From positions 3,746-67,745 of the forward strand of contig JBBDRA010000002.1 of assembly GCA_040905715.1 (NCBI GenBank): a stretch of DNA of 64,000 bases. Direction: 5' to 3'. Every line of letters begins with the position of its first letter. Positions within the stretch are counted from its first letter, which is position 1. This stretch comes from Minisyncoccota bacterium. Lineage in GTDB: Bacteria > Patescibacteriota > Minisyncoccia > Phycocordibacterales > CSBR16-193. A model generated the notes under the pieces. The model saw only the letters and a list, made by a program, of their open reading frames with translations, had not been told where the DNA came from and did not search any database. The position numbers were made by a program, and so were the translations under genes. Shown piece by piece: positions 8,081 to 17,132 of the stretch.

Positions 8081-10158
8081 GGCACTCTCACCTCGACTGC
8101 GTACTCAGCAACCGTGTCATTGTTCATGTCCTTTGCTACAAAAGTGATCATATATACTCCGTCGCTTTTCCAACTCCAATTACTGAAGTTTACATCAGCG
8201 GTCTTATAACCACCGTCAATCTCACTCATTTCCACGAGCTGACCGCTGCCAACGCGCCAGTGCATTGTGTAGGATAAAGGCGAAGTATCTACGAGACGCG
8301 CTCGAAATGTTTCGGTCTCACCCATCGTCTGCCCATCAATACTTGGAAACGCGACGTCGATCTCATCCGGCAAAGTTGTGTTGTCAGACACACTCACATT
8401 TCCAAGATCGTTATTCCACGTATACAGACTCCACGAGCCGGTAAAGATTCCAGCCTTTATCTGATATGCTCCATTTTCATTTGGCTTCCAATCAAAACTG
8501 AAATCGCGCTCATCTCCCGAACCAAACGACTGACCTGTTCTATATTCCTGATGAACCTTCACTCCTTGTTCGTTGTACACCTCCGCATCAACGATCACAT
8601 CAGAAGCAGATTCTCCGTCGTTGCGCACACGCACTTGAAGTTCGGTCGATTCTCCCAGCACAAGTGTTTCCGGCGAACTGCCTCCGGCAACACTAAAGTC
8701 CGGGTCTCCCAGCTCCTGTGTAACCGTTACCGTGCCCACACTATTCTCCCACGTATAAAGCGACCACGAATTGCTAAAGACAGCTGCTGCAACCCTGTAT
8801 TCACCGACACTTTGTGGTTGCCACGAAAAATCATACCCGCGCTGCTGACCATCCGTGAACGACTGACCTGTCTTATATTCTTGATGCACCTTTGCGCCAT
8901 TTTGACCGTAGATCTCCAGATCAACGATCGCGTTCGATACCGGGTCTCCGGTATTTTTTACATTAAATGAAATTGTTGTTGAATTCCCAACACGAGCATC
9001 AGAATCATTTCCGCTTATATCAAAAGAAGTCTCAGCAGAAGGTGGCGGAGGCGTTCCTCCGTTTCCTCCACCCGATCCGACAAACCACTCAGCCATAACT
9101 TCCTCTGCTTCTTTGTTCTGCGGTGTGAAATTTCTATCACCATCACCACCTGCATTCGGGTCTCCTTCCCAATGCCACAGCGACACTCCTTTCATGCTGT
9201 CGTGCCGATCCCAGTATTCAAACAGGGCACGGTACAGATCGGCTTGTTTTTGCTGGCTCGTATCTCCCCATCCGTCCCACGGCTGATTGTTCGCGAACTC
9301 AACACTGCGATAGCCGACCTCAGTGAACATAATAGGCATATTGCCGTTTTCTTGTTGAAACGGGCGTATGTCGTCGCTATACCGTCTACCCCACGCATCC
9401 ACGTAGTCGTCTTTGCTACTCCCGGTCAGCGGGTAGTACGCTGAAATACCGAGATAATCAAGGGCATCCCAAAACTCTATACCGGTTTTTTCGTTCGCAA
9501 AACTACCGCTTCCCCAATTAGCACTGTACGTAAGCCATCCACTAAACTCTTCCCGAACTGCGGATATCATTTCACGCCAGCGCCGTTCGTTGTCGCTATT
9601 CTCTCTTGAAGATGCGACCTTGATCAGCTCCGAGCCAATAATCATCCCGTCGACATTTTTTTCCTGAGCAATGCGCGCGTAGTGAACAAGCATATCCTCG
9701 TAGTTTCGGTACCAGGTATCGCGGTCGTTCGGTTTGATATGTGCTCGCCAGGTTCCATCTTCCGGATCAATGTGGGGTTTTAACACCACATCCAGATCTT
9801 GTGAATGAATATAATCGATACCGTCTCGGAGCGTCGCGTCACTAGGTGTACGCCAGTGACGATAAAACAAACTATTGCTGGTCCCATCTTGTTTAAACTC
9901 CAGAACGATCGATACATGCGTTACACCGACTTCTTTCAGGTTCCGGATCGATTGCTTGAAATTATCGCTCCGCAACTGACTTTCATACTCAGAAACAATG
10001 GTAACTCCCTGATGCCAATCAGCAACTGCAGCTTGAGCGGATGAAGGAAACAAGCCAAAACCGATAGCGACTACAATGGCTATTGCTAATACACGAAACA
10101 ATAGCACTGAGCGATTTTTTTGGGATGCAAACAGACCATAAAAATGAGAGATATTCAT
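8077..10158 (-). CDS. Secreted glycoside hydrolase (GH113-like TIM barrel) with two CARDB/Ig-like repeats
   Basis: Signal peptide (AQA-A). LKPHID, WRAHI, IGSEL, TYSANW, FWDALDYLGISAYYPL, FTEVGYRS. Duplicated VKNTG…VDLEIY…KVHQEY.TGQSF repeats. Confidence 0.85.
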   Translation of the reverse strand: MNISHFYGLFASQKNRSVLLFRVLAIAIVVAIGFGLFPSSAQAAVADWHQGVTIVSEYESQLRSDNFKQSIRNLKEVGVTHVSIVLEFKQDGTSNSLFYRHWRTPSDATLRDGIDYIHSQDLDVVLKPHIDPEDGTWRAHIKPNDRDTWYRNYEDMLVHYARIAQEKNVDGMIIGSELIKVASSRENSDNERRWREMISAVREEFSGWLTYSANWGSGSFANEKTGIEFWDALDYLGISAYYPLTGSSKDDYVDAWGRRYSDDIRPFQQENGNMPIMFTEVGYRSVEFANNQPWDGWGDTSQQKQADLYRALFEYWDRHDSMKGVSLWHWEGDPNAGGDGDRNFTPQNKEAEEVMAEWFVGSGGGNGGTPPPPSAETSFDISGNDSDARVGNSTTISFNVKNTGDPVSNAIVDLEIYGQNGAKVHQEYKTGQSFTDGQQRGYDFSWQPQSVGEYRVAAAVFSNSWSLYTWENSVGTVTVTQELGDPDFSVAGGSSPETLVLGESTELQVRVRNDGESASDVIVDAEVYNEQGVKVHQEYRTGQSFGSGDERDFSFDWKPNENGAYQIKAGIFTGSWSLYTWNNDLGNVSVSDNTTLPDEIDVAFPSIDGQTMGETETFRARLVDTSPLSYTMHWRVGSGQLVEMSEIDGGYKTADVNFSNWSWKSDGVYMITFVAKDMNNDTVAEYAVEVRVP

Positions 10159-10596
10159 AGTAGATTTACTCCTTCAAATGATAAACATGACCACTATCGT
10201 TGCATGCTGTGCCCATCCGTCTTTCAAGCAATACGTAAGATCCTTACTATAAAGTAAAGATGGCTATTACTGACTTTTTATTACACTTCACTCAAAAAAC
10301 AACTGCCAAAAAAGATCTATTAGTACGTATTTCAAAACCGATCAGCACTCAAACAGCACACTGAAGTAAAGCAAAAGTAAAGATAGCGGCAACCATAAAA
10401 CCACGCTAAAAGCATGGACTATTCGACCGATAAACCTTAAGACAACAAACAAGGCACATTTAAAAAAACTCTTTATATAAGGCATATTTTCCCTTATATA
10501 ACACCTTGTCCCGTCAGAAACTATTGACATTCTTGCGCATAAAGGCACAATAGTAGAGTCTAAAACCCGCGAGGTTTTTTCATTTTCCCCCGGTGT

Positions 10597-11874
10597 ATGC
10601 CGTCTACTCCAGAAACAAATATCGTCCTTTTTGTAGGTCTCACTCCAGCATTGCTTGGACCTATTCAGGCACTCAAAAAGAAGAAGGGTGTGAATTATCG
10701 CTATGCGATCATTCACGACACAAAAACACCCACTCCGGAACAAAAGGAGGTTCTGGATGTTTTTGATATTGAGATCAAAACGAATTTTTCCTCACGAGAC
10801 ACACTCACCAAATCTCTTCAACCATATGAGCACGAACTCCTTGCGATCACTTCCCGCTCAGAATCCAATATCCCCTATTTTCAAAAAGTGATCCCGCACG
10901 TACCTTACCTCAGGACACCTACGACCGAATCACTAACGTGGGCAACAGAAAAACTGAAGATGCGCCAACAACTTAACTCATATGACAAGAACATTGGCCC
11001 GGCCTTCATGATTGTTCATGATTCAGCAAAAAAAACGATCAAGGAAATCGAGGAAAAAGTCGGCTTCCCTGTTGTTATAAAGCCTACGGGACTTGTTCGA
11101 GGTCTTTTGGTCACAGCGGCCTATCATCACGAAGAACTTGAAAAGGAGCTTAACCGGGTTTTCTGGAAAATAAATAAACTTCACCGTGACACAAACGGCC
11201 GCGGAGAGCCCTCTGTACTTGTGGAGCAACTTATGGACGGAGAAATGTACTCTGTCGACGCACACGTCACCTCACGTGGCACTATTCACTTTAATCCATT
11301 CGTACACGTTAAGACCGGTCGATCGATCGGGTTCGATGATTTCTTCTCGTACCAGCAGATAACACCGACCAGACTCAACAAGCAAAGTGTTGCTGATGCA
11401 CAAGAAGTTACCGAAAAAGCGATCAGGGCACTTGGTTTACGAAGCACCACGGCTCATGTTGAGCTCCTCAAAACCGAAGACGGTTGGAAAGTAATAGAGG
11501 TTGGCCCACGCATCGGCGGATTTCGCCATGTAATGTACAACCTTTCCTACGGGATCGATATCACTGAAAATGATATTAGAACACGTATTCCCCGCCCTAT
11601 CACTATCCCTCGAACGGTAAAAGGACATACTGCCCTTATTAAAATTTACGCACCGAAGGAAGGCGTTATCACCAAGATAACAGGCGCGAAAAAAGCACAG
11701 CAACTTAAATCATTCCATTCGATCAGTGTTCACAAACAAATTGGTGATCGAGCGTATTTCGCAAAAAATGGTGGTCGTGACATTTTCCATGTCACCTTCT
11801 TTAACAAGGACCGCCCCAAACTCCTGGCTGATATTCGACGATTCGAAAAGATGGTTGAGATCACCACCAAGTAA
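10597..11874 (+). CDS. ATP-grasp domain ligase (amino-acid ligase-like)
   Basis: EKLKMR, GFPVVIKP, LVEQLMDGEMYSVD, AHVEL…IEVGPRIGG. Confidence 0.85.
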   Translation: MPSTPETNIVLFVGLTPALLGPIQALKKKKGVNYRYAIIHDTKTPTPEQKEVLDVFDIEIKTNFSSRDTLTKSLQPYEHELLAITSRSESNIPYFQKVIPHVPYLRTPTTESLTWATEKLKMRQQLNSYDKNIGPAFMIVHDSAKKTIKEIEEKVGFPVVIKPTGLVRGLLVTAAYHHEELEKELNRVFWKINKLHRDTNGRGEPSVLVEQLMDGEMYSVDAHVTSRGTIHFNPFVHVKTGRSIGFDDFFSYQQITPTRLNKQSVADAQEVTEKAIRALGLRSTTAHVELLKTEDGWKVIEVGPRIGGFRHVMYNLSYGIDITENDIRTRIPRPITIPRTVKGHTALIKIYAPKEGVITKITGAKKAQQLKSFHSISVHKQIGDRAYFAKNGGRDIFHVTFFNKDRPKLLADIRRFEKMVEITTK

Positions 11875-11963
11875 CGTATCTCCATTCTCATCTCCATAAA
11901 ATGTCTTTGTGGAATTTATTCAAAACATCCGAGGGATCGCCTACGGAATAACAATAGGTATTT

Positions 11964-12818
11964 ATGAAAATAGCGTTTATCTCTAAGAAAAACAGTACTC
12001 AAATTCTTGAATTACAAAAAAAGGCCGAGGAGCGTGGACATGTTTTTGATCTTGTTGATCTCAACGACATCCTCATCTCTTCACTGAATTCTTCAGACGC
12101 CATTTCCTCGCTTGGTAAATACGACCTTATTCATTATCAAGCAAGCGTCGGTCACGTTATGACCCCCATTCTTACTGAATGGTTGAGCACAAAAAACATA
12201 CCTGTCGTCAATAACAGGTACAACCTCCTCCCATTTTTTGAAGATAAACGCTATCAAGTTTTCCGATGCGCATCAGCAGGTATCACCACGCCCCGAACAT
12301 ATCTATCGGCAACAAAAGAATTCGAAGATATAGACCGACTATTGGGCACACCATTCATTCTGAAAGGCGCCGTCAGTGCTCAAGGCAAGCATGTATTCCT
12401 GATCAATAACAAGAGCGAATTCGACGAGGTGATCGAGCAATGCGAAAAACCCCTGTTCCAAGAGTACATACCTTCTCGAGCAGATTACCGCGTTCACCGG
12501 ATAGGCAACGATCTTCCTATTATTTATAAACGCTGTGCGTCAGGAGAGGATTTCCGATCAAACGTATCGCGTGGCGGAACGATCGAGCCGATAACCGACA
12601 CAGACGAACGTGAAAAACTCGCATCATTTGCTCGTCTAGCCTCTGACGCGATGGAAATGGAGTATGGTGGAATCGACATAATGAAACACCCCGAAAACGA
12701 ACAACTCTACTTTATAGAATCAAACCGAAATCCCGGCTGGGCACAGGTAAATGACCTGCTCGGAATAAACACCGAAGACCATATACTTGATTTCTACGAG
12801 CAAAAAATAGCTGCATAA
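11964..12818 (+). CDS. RimK-family ATP-grasp ligase
   Basis: EDKRYQ, PFILKGAVSAQGKHV, QEYI, DYRV, FRSNVSRGG, GGIDI, IESNRNPGW. Confidence 0.85.
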   Translation: MKIAFISKKNSTQILELQKKAEERGHVFDLVDLNDILISSLNSSDAISSLGKYDLIHYQASVGHVMTPILTEWLSTKNIPVVNNRYNLLPFFEDKRYQVFRCASAGITTPRTYLSATKEFEDIDRLLGTPFILKGAVSAQGKHVFLINNKSEFDEVIEQCEKPLFQEYIPSRADYRVHRIGNDLPIIYKRCASGEDFRSNVSRGGTIEPITDTDEREKLASFARLASDAMEMEYGGIDIMKHPENEQLYFIESNRNPGWAQVNDLLGINTEDHILDFYEQKIAA

Positions 12819-12894
12819 TCTTGATATACACCGCTTTACGTGCTATATTTTGCTCATAGACCACATACGTATTTACCGATAAAGAAACCTATAC

Positions 12895-13437
12895 TTGCCA
12901 AGACCACGAAAAAAACAATTTAAACGCCCGCCGCCACGAATTCGAACGAACGAGCAGATTCGTGTCCGTGAGTTGCGCGTTATCGGTGCTGAAGGTGAAA
13001 ACATCGGCACCATCTCAAGCGACGAAGCGCTCGCCAAAGCCAAAGAAGCCGGTCTCGATCTCATCGAGATCTCCCCGAACGCCAAACCGCCGGTCGCTAA
13101 AATAATGGATTTTGGGAAGTATCTTTACGACCAGAAAAAGAAACTCAAGCAGCAGAAAGCGAGTACACAGACGGTCGAAGTGAAGAACATTCAGGTAAAG
13201 CCGGCAACAGGTGAACACGACCTGGAAATGAAGGCGAAACAAGCTTCTAAATGGCTTAAAGAAGGCAACCGCGTAAAGGTTGAGCTCTTCTTACGAGGTC
13301 GATCTAAGTACATGGATCAGAAGTTCCTTCGCAGCCGCCTGGACCGATTCTTTAACCTTATTACCGAAGAGTTCAAGATCGCTCAGGAACCAAAGAAAAG
13401 CCCGAAGGGTTTGACCGCGATCCTCGAGAAAGCGTAG
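12895..13437 (+). CDS. infC: Translation initiation factor IF-3
   Basis: NEQIRVRELRVI, GLDLIEISPNAKPPVAKIMDFGKYLY. Non-ATG start; exact start codon uncertain. Confidence 0.97.
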   Translation: MPRPRKKQFKRPPPRIRTNEQIRVRELRVIGAEGENIGTISSDEALAKAKEAGLDLIEISPNAKPPVAKIMDFGKYLYDQKKKLKQQKASTQTVEVKNIQVKPATGEHDLEMKAKQASKWLKEGNRVKVELFLRGRSKYMDQKFLRSRLDRFFNLITEEFKIAQEPKKSPKGLTAILEKA

Positions 13438-13463
13438 TCGTATTCGGTATCCAGGTCTTCCCG

Positions 13464-13500
13464 CTACTTTTTGCCAACCCCAGGGGTTGGCAAAAAGTAG
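13464..13500. terminator. Long hairpin after infC
   Basis: CTACTTTTTGCCAACCCC-A-GGGGTTGGCAAAAAGTAG. Confidence 0.65.
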
Positions 13501-13555
13501 GCGTATCCTGTATGGACCATGTCGCCTATAGATACTGAATACCGAACATAGAGCA

Positions 13556-13584
13556 TTGACGCCATTCCCTTAATTTGCTAGGGT
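13556..13584 (+). promoter_or_regulatory. Sigma70-like promoter for rpmI-rplT
   Basis: TTGACG-17 nt-TAGGGT with extended -10 TG. Confidence 0.5.
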
Positions 13585-13618
13585 TATCTCCATCATCTGA
13601 TGTGAGAAATATATCATC

Positions 13619-13804
13619 ATGAAGACAAACAACGCATTTAAAAGTCGATTCAAGGTAACAAACAACAAGAAAGTTCTGACCCGCAAAGCCGGCCAGAACC
13701 ACTTCAACGCGAAAGAATCGCGTCGTTACCAGATCACTCAGAAAAAGAAACTCCAAGACTTCGACATGTCTAACAAGTCAAAGCATCGTTTTCTAAACGT
13801 CTAA
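13619..13804 (+). CDS. rpmI: 50S ribosomal protein L35
   Basis: MKTN…KSRFKVT…GQNHFNAK; lies between infC and rplT. Confidence 0.92.
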   Translation: MKTNNAFKSRFKVTNNKKVLTRKAGQNHFNAKESRRYQITQKKKLQDFDMSNKSKHRFLNV

Positions 13805-13843
13805 TTTTCTACAAGTTACAGACCGCAAGCTAACACTTAAACC

Positions 13844-14194
13844 ATGGCCAGAGTAAAAGGAGCAAAACACGCCCTCAAACATCGCAAAACAATCCTAAAG
13901 CAAACCAAAGGATTCCGTTTTGGACAATCAACCAAAGAGCGACAGGCTCGACAGGCACTCTTCCATGCCGGCCGAAGCGCTTTTCAAGATCGACGCAAAA
14001 AGAAAGGTCAGTTTCGACGTCTTTGGAATATCAAGATCAATGCTGCACTTGATCAGATCGAGTCTTCCCTTTCCTACTCGAAATTCATAAAGGCACTTAA
14101 GGACGCCGAGATCGGACTGGACAGAAAATCACTTGCCCACATCGCAGAACACAAACCGGAAAGCTTTAAACGAATTGTTGAAAAAGTCTCCTAA
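13844..14194 (+). CDS. rplT: 50S ribosomal protein L20
   Basis: MARVKG…DRRKKKGQFRRLWNIKINAA…YSKFI…LDRKSLA. Confidence 0.97.
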   Translation: MARVKGAKHALKHRKTILKQTKGFRFGQSTKERQARQALFHAGRSAFQDRRKKKGQFRRLWNIKINAALDQIESSLSYSKFIKALKDAEIGLDRKSLAHIAEHKPESFKRIVEKVS

Positions 14195-14225
14195 CGTAAA
14201 AAGACGGTCAGAAACAATGAGATCA

Positions 14226-14270
14226 CATAAAATAAACGGCTCACACTACGTGTGAGCCGTTTATTTTATG
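14226..14270. terminator. Bidirectional terminator / REP-like hairpin (sister copy at 20405-20437)
   Basis: 21-bp arms CATAAAATAAACGGCTCACAC-TAC-GTGTGAGCCGTTTATTTTATG. Confidence 0.7.
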
Positions 14271-14295
14271 TTCTACGTAGTTCAATCAAATATAT

Positions 14296-15672
14296 CTAAA
14301 GATCAAGCGTGTACTTCTTCCCCTGCTGCGGGCAGATCGCTTTTACACCGATCTCGTCGTTGATACGTTGAGCAAGTACGCTTGAGGATTTTGGCTCTCC
14401 CATTGCCAGAAAAACCGTTTCGAGCGTTTCGGCTGCTGAATCAACAAAGTCCAGCAACTGGTCCTGGTCAGCATGTGATGAGTAGCCGCCGATCTTCTCT
14501 ATTCTTGCTCGAACAGGAATTCGCTGATCGAATATCTCAACCTCTTTCGCCCCTTCTTCGATCTGCCGACCAAGCGTACCGGCAGCTTGGTACCCGACCA
14601 GAAGCAGCGTACTGTTCGGATCCGGCAGGTAGTCAAGCTCGTGGTGGAGCACGCGTCCGCCGGTCGACATACCTGAGCCTGCGATAATTATCTTTGGGTT
14701 CGGTGCATCCTCTATGGCTTTTGATTCAGGGACCCGTTCGGTCATCTTAAGATTTGGAAACGAGAACGCATCATCGCCGTCAGCAATATCACCTTGTATC
14801 TCATCATTATAGGGCTTCACGATACTACGATAGATCTCAGTCAACTTGATCGCCAACGGAGAGTCAAGAAATACTCGTACTGACGGAATTATGTTTTCAC
14901 CGATCATGTGATTTAGCTCATGCAAAACGATCTGAGTACGCGCGAGCGAGAACGCCGGTATAACCAACGTTCCACCCCGTTCTATACTTTCTTTAACGAT
15001 CCGGCGGAACTTCTCATCCCTCTCACTCGCCGACTCATGTTGCCGATCGCCATACACACTGTCCATAACCAAGTAATTGGTACCGGGAATCTTTTCAGCA
15101 TCTCTCAAAAGCGGAGACGGGGAATTACCGAGATCGTCGGCAAACACTAGCTTCTTCTGCCCTGTCTTACCCTCAAGCGTAAACTCAACAAGAGCCGAGC
15201 CAATAATATGCCCGGCGTCCTTGAATTGAACAGACAAGCCATCTGCAAGTAAATGTGGCTCGTGATACCTAAGATCCTGCCACTGGGAGAGAGCGCGAGC
15301 CACGTCATTTTTCTCATACAGAGGCGCCGTGCCGTCGTCCTTTTGCTTATACGCCATAATACCGAGCGCGTCCTCGTACATTATCTCAACAATACGTTTC
15401 GTGATCCCGGTTGAGTAGATAGTGCCACGAAAGCCATCCCGTACAAGCTTTGGAATGCGCCCGATGTGATCGATGTGAGCATGGCTGACGAACAGCGCGT
15501 CAACAGATGCCGGCTCATACGCAAACGGCTCGCGATTGAGCTGGTCCGCTTCTCTGCTACCTTGAACAAGCCCACAATCAACAAGCACACTAAAATCTCC
15601 ATACTCAAGCAAAAAGTTAGCGCCAGTAACATGCTCAACGCCGCTATAGAATGTCAGTGTCGCCTGGTTCAT
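14296..15672 (-). CDS. MBL-fold/beta-CASP ribonuclease
   Basis: SHAHIDHIGR, DAGHIIGS, PAFSLARTQ, IIAGSGM..GGR, YSSHADQ. Start inferred at MNQATL. Confidence 0.92.
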   Translation of the reverse strand: MNQATLTFYSGVEHVTGANFLLEYGDFSVLVDCGLVQGSREADQLNREPFAYEPASVDALFVSHAHIDHIGRIPKLVRDGFRGTIYSTGITKRIVEIMYEDALGIMAYKQKDDGTAPLYEKNDVARALSQWQDLRYHEPHLLADGLSVQFKDAGHIIGSALVEFTLEGKTGQKKLVFADDLGNSPSPLLRDAEKIPGTNYLVMDSVYGDRQHESASERDEKFRRIVKESIERGGTLVIPAFSLARTQIVLHELNHMIGENIIPSVRVFLDSPLAIKLTEIYRSIVKPYNDEIQGDIADGDDAFSFPNLKMTERVPESKAIEDAPNPKIIIAGSGMSTGGRVLHHELDYLPDPNSTLLLVGYQAAGTLGRQIEEGAKEVEIFDQRIPVRARIEKIGGYSSHADQDQLLDFVDSAAETLETVFLAMGEPKSSSVLAQRINDEIGVKAICPQQGKKYTLDL

Positions 15673-16099
15673 ATAAAGGATCGTGATGATGCGTAGTGGG
15701 TGTAGATCGTGGGTGAAAATGCCACACATACCAACCGGCCAAAATAGCTCCGAGCAGATTCATGAGCATATCAAGTGTTGTATCAAGCACAATATTAGCA
15801 GCCGGACCTCTCGTACTGGTATACCACTCAAAAAGCTCCCAGAGAGCACCTACAGCAAGCACAGAGATTATACTGGTCATCACAAACTGCCACGGCGCAC
15901 GATACCTCAAGGGTGCCCACGATGAGAACAACAGCACCCATAAGACAAGTATCCCTAATCCGACACCGGCCAGTAAATGCACGAACAGATCGAGCCACAC
16001 AAAATGATAATAAAGAAAATACTGTTGAGCGGTAAAGTGAACCGTTGTTGTAACGGCAAGCAGCACAACAAATGAAAGCAGGAATGGATGTCGTTTCAT
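15644..16099 (-). CDS. Membrane protein, VanZ/DUF2238-like
   Basis: WLDLFVHLLAG…GALWELFE…DTTLDMLMNLLGA. Confidence 0.75.
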   Translation of the reverse strand: MKRHPFLLSFVVLLAVTTTVHFTAQQYFLYYHFVWLDLFVHLLAGVGLGILVLWVLLFSSWAPLRYRAPWQFVMTSIISVLAVGALWELFEWYTSTRGPAANIVLDTTLDMLMNLLGAILAGWYVWHFHPRSTPTTHHHDPLYEPGDTDIL

Positions 16100-16161
16100 G
16101 AACTCTATGGTACCACGTCCTCACTATTGCCCCAATAACACCTCTTCTTGAACCACATAAT

Positions 16162-16196
16162 AAAAGAAAAACCTACCACGTGAGTGGCAGGTTTTC
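16162..16196 (-). terminator. Intrinsic terminator after putative 6S RNA
   Basis: Minus strand AAAACCTGCCAC-TCAC-GTGGTAGGTTTT followed by a U-rich tract. Confidence 0.7.
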
Positions 16197-16348
16197 TGGA
16201 TCCTTCAAGGCTACTACCCTAGCAGAGATGCCAGGTGGGTGCTCGCAACACGCGCCGATCTGTTTCTCCGAAGAGATGCATCACAGCGTGGTGATATTGA
16301 ACTCCCTAAAAGCGTGTTAGCTAGAGAATATGACCTCAAAGGACCCAC
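16197..16348 (-). ncRNA. ssrS: Probable 6S RNA
   Basis: Ends pair (GGGUCCUUUGAGG / CCUUGAAGGAUCC). Contains GGGAGUUCAA and GCACCCACCUG, which resemble 6S RNA motifs. Has its own promoter and terminator. Confidence 0.7.
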
Positions 16349-16352
16349 TTAT

Positions 16353-16381
16353 ATTATACACCCGGCAGGATGTAATCGCAA
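16353..16381 (-). promoter_or_regulatory. Sigma70 promoter of the putative 6S RNA
   Basis: TTGCGA-17 nt-TATAAT just upstream of the RNA. Confidence 0.65.
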
Positions 16382-16430
16382 AAACAAAAATACGGCTAAT
16401 TAAGGCCGTATTTTGCACATCTCTCAATTA

Positions 16431-17033
16431 CTATTCGAGAATGCCATCAAGGTTCACATCGTAGAGTATCTCTTCTTGAATAAGTCGGTAGCTTACCAAT
16501 TCATCCTTAGAGAACCAGTGCTCGATTTCTCGCTCTGCCTCCTCCGGTGAATCCGAGCAATGAATAAGATTACGTACTGCTCGATCATCTGATGAGCAAA
16601 TAGCATACGAATCTACCGTAAAATCTCCGCGAATGGTACCCACGTCAGATGTAGCCGGCTCAGTCTCTCCCACCAACTTCTTAACCACTGCAGCTGCTTG
16701 ATTGCCCTGGAGCGCCAACATAACAACCGGACCTGAGGTCATGTAATTAATAAGAACCTTGATAATATTTCGCCCGTACTCGATCGCCTCCTCCTCGATC
16801 GGCAGTCCGGCCTTTTTTCTATCTTCAACGATCCGTTCACCTTTTTCAGTAAACCACGCATCATCTTTGTTATAGTGCTCGAGAAGCTTCTTTTCGTCAG
16901 CCAAGGTAAACTTGAGTCCGATAATCTTCAGCCCAACGCGCTCAAACCGCTTGATCACTTCTCCGACGAGTGAGCGCTGAATACCGTCTGGTTTTATAAT
17001 AACGAATGTTCGTTCATCTTTGTGATGAGCCAT
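16431..17033 (-). CDS. ndk: Nucleoside-diphosphate kinase
   Basis: ERTFVIIKPDGIQR, YMTSGPVV, GTIRGDF, NLIHCSDS. Confidence 0.96.
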   Translation of the reverse strand: MAHHKDERTFVIIKPDGIQRSLVGEVIKRFERVGLKIIGLKFTLADEKKLLEHYNKDDAWFTEKGERIVEDRKKAGLPIEEEAIEYGRNIIKVLINYMTSGPVVMLALQGNQAAAVVKKLVGETEPATSDVGTIRGDFTVDSYAICSSDDRAVRNLIHCSDSPEEAEREIEHWFSKDELVSYRLIQEEILYDVNLDGILE

Positions 17034-17132
17034 ACTAGATTTAATTACGTATACAAATTCTTACAAATGAATATGGACATACTAACGCATGCTGCGTCAT
17101 TTTCCTAGCGTATCCAGTATACGGAATACTGA

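Noticed and set aside
10160-10596. Riboswitch or small membrane ORF (MPYIKSFF…, 10342-10485, minus strand)
   Set aside because: No recognisable aptamer motif. The hydrophobic ORF could arise by chance in AT-rich DNA.
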